Source of the DNA: Seison nebaliae
Lineage: Eukaryota
Reading direction: 5' to 3'
Length of the DNA stretch: 36,911 nt
Assembly: GCA_023231475.1 (NCBI GenBank)
Contig: JALJEE010002344.1
Span: 1 to 36,911, forward strand
The notes beneath the pieces were generated by a model that had not been told where the DNA came from, ran no database searches, and saw nothing but the letters and a program-made list of their open reading frames with translations. Position 1 is the first letter of the stretch, and each line of letters opens with the position of its first letter. Both the position numbers and the translations under genes were made by a program. Shown piece after piece: positions 36,637 to 36,911 of this stretch.

Positions 36637-36911
36637 GAGGCATACAAAAAGCATACAATTTGTAAATTCATGTATGCTTGTAACTTTTGTTTTATATTAC
36701 ATGCTGATCATGAAAAATTTGTTCTATAATTGTAACCCTATTTTTGGCTTAAATAAATTTTTCACATGATTCTTATAAGTTATGTCTTATAAAAAAGTTC
36801 AGAAATATTTAAACATTCGAATGAATTTAAGGTTTTTAGTTAAGATGATAGTGAAGAAGATGATACGGAAGAGAAAGAGAACGAATGTTATTAAAATTTG
36901 AAATGAATAAA

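Noticed and set aside
1..36911. CRISPR arrays, rRNA, tRNA or prokaryotic operons
   Set aside because: No repeat-spacer arrays or recognisable structural RNA genes were seen, and the DNA is clearly spliceosomal and eukaryotic.

Overview
AT-rich, gene-dense animal genomic DNA (it encodes a TGF-beta ligand, APH-1 and an axonemal dynein), read with the standard code. Most introns are 40-67 nt. Spliced genes rebuilt by hand: CPSF4/CPSF30 (+), a BMP-like TGF-beta ligand (-), PSME4/PA200 (-), an outer-arm dynein beta heavy chain (-), an SNX29-like RUN/PX protein (+) and a divergent EXOSC5/Rrp46-like exosome subunit (-). Intronless genes: APH-1 (-), two tandem secreted fibrinogen-like proteins (+), and a Lys/Arg-rich ORF nested antisense in the 662-nt PSME4 intron. 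Mobile DNA: an integrase zinc-finger fragment, a 177-bp solo LTR with a TATT target-site duplication, and a 387-bp foldback MITE with a TTA duplication. The most striking signal is the splice donor: 38 of 41 reconstructed introns begin GTT instead of the usual GTA/GTG, and AAG acceptors are frequent. This suggests a lineage with an altered 5' splice-site code. All gene models are manual and lack transcript support.
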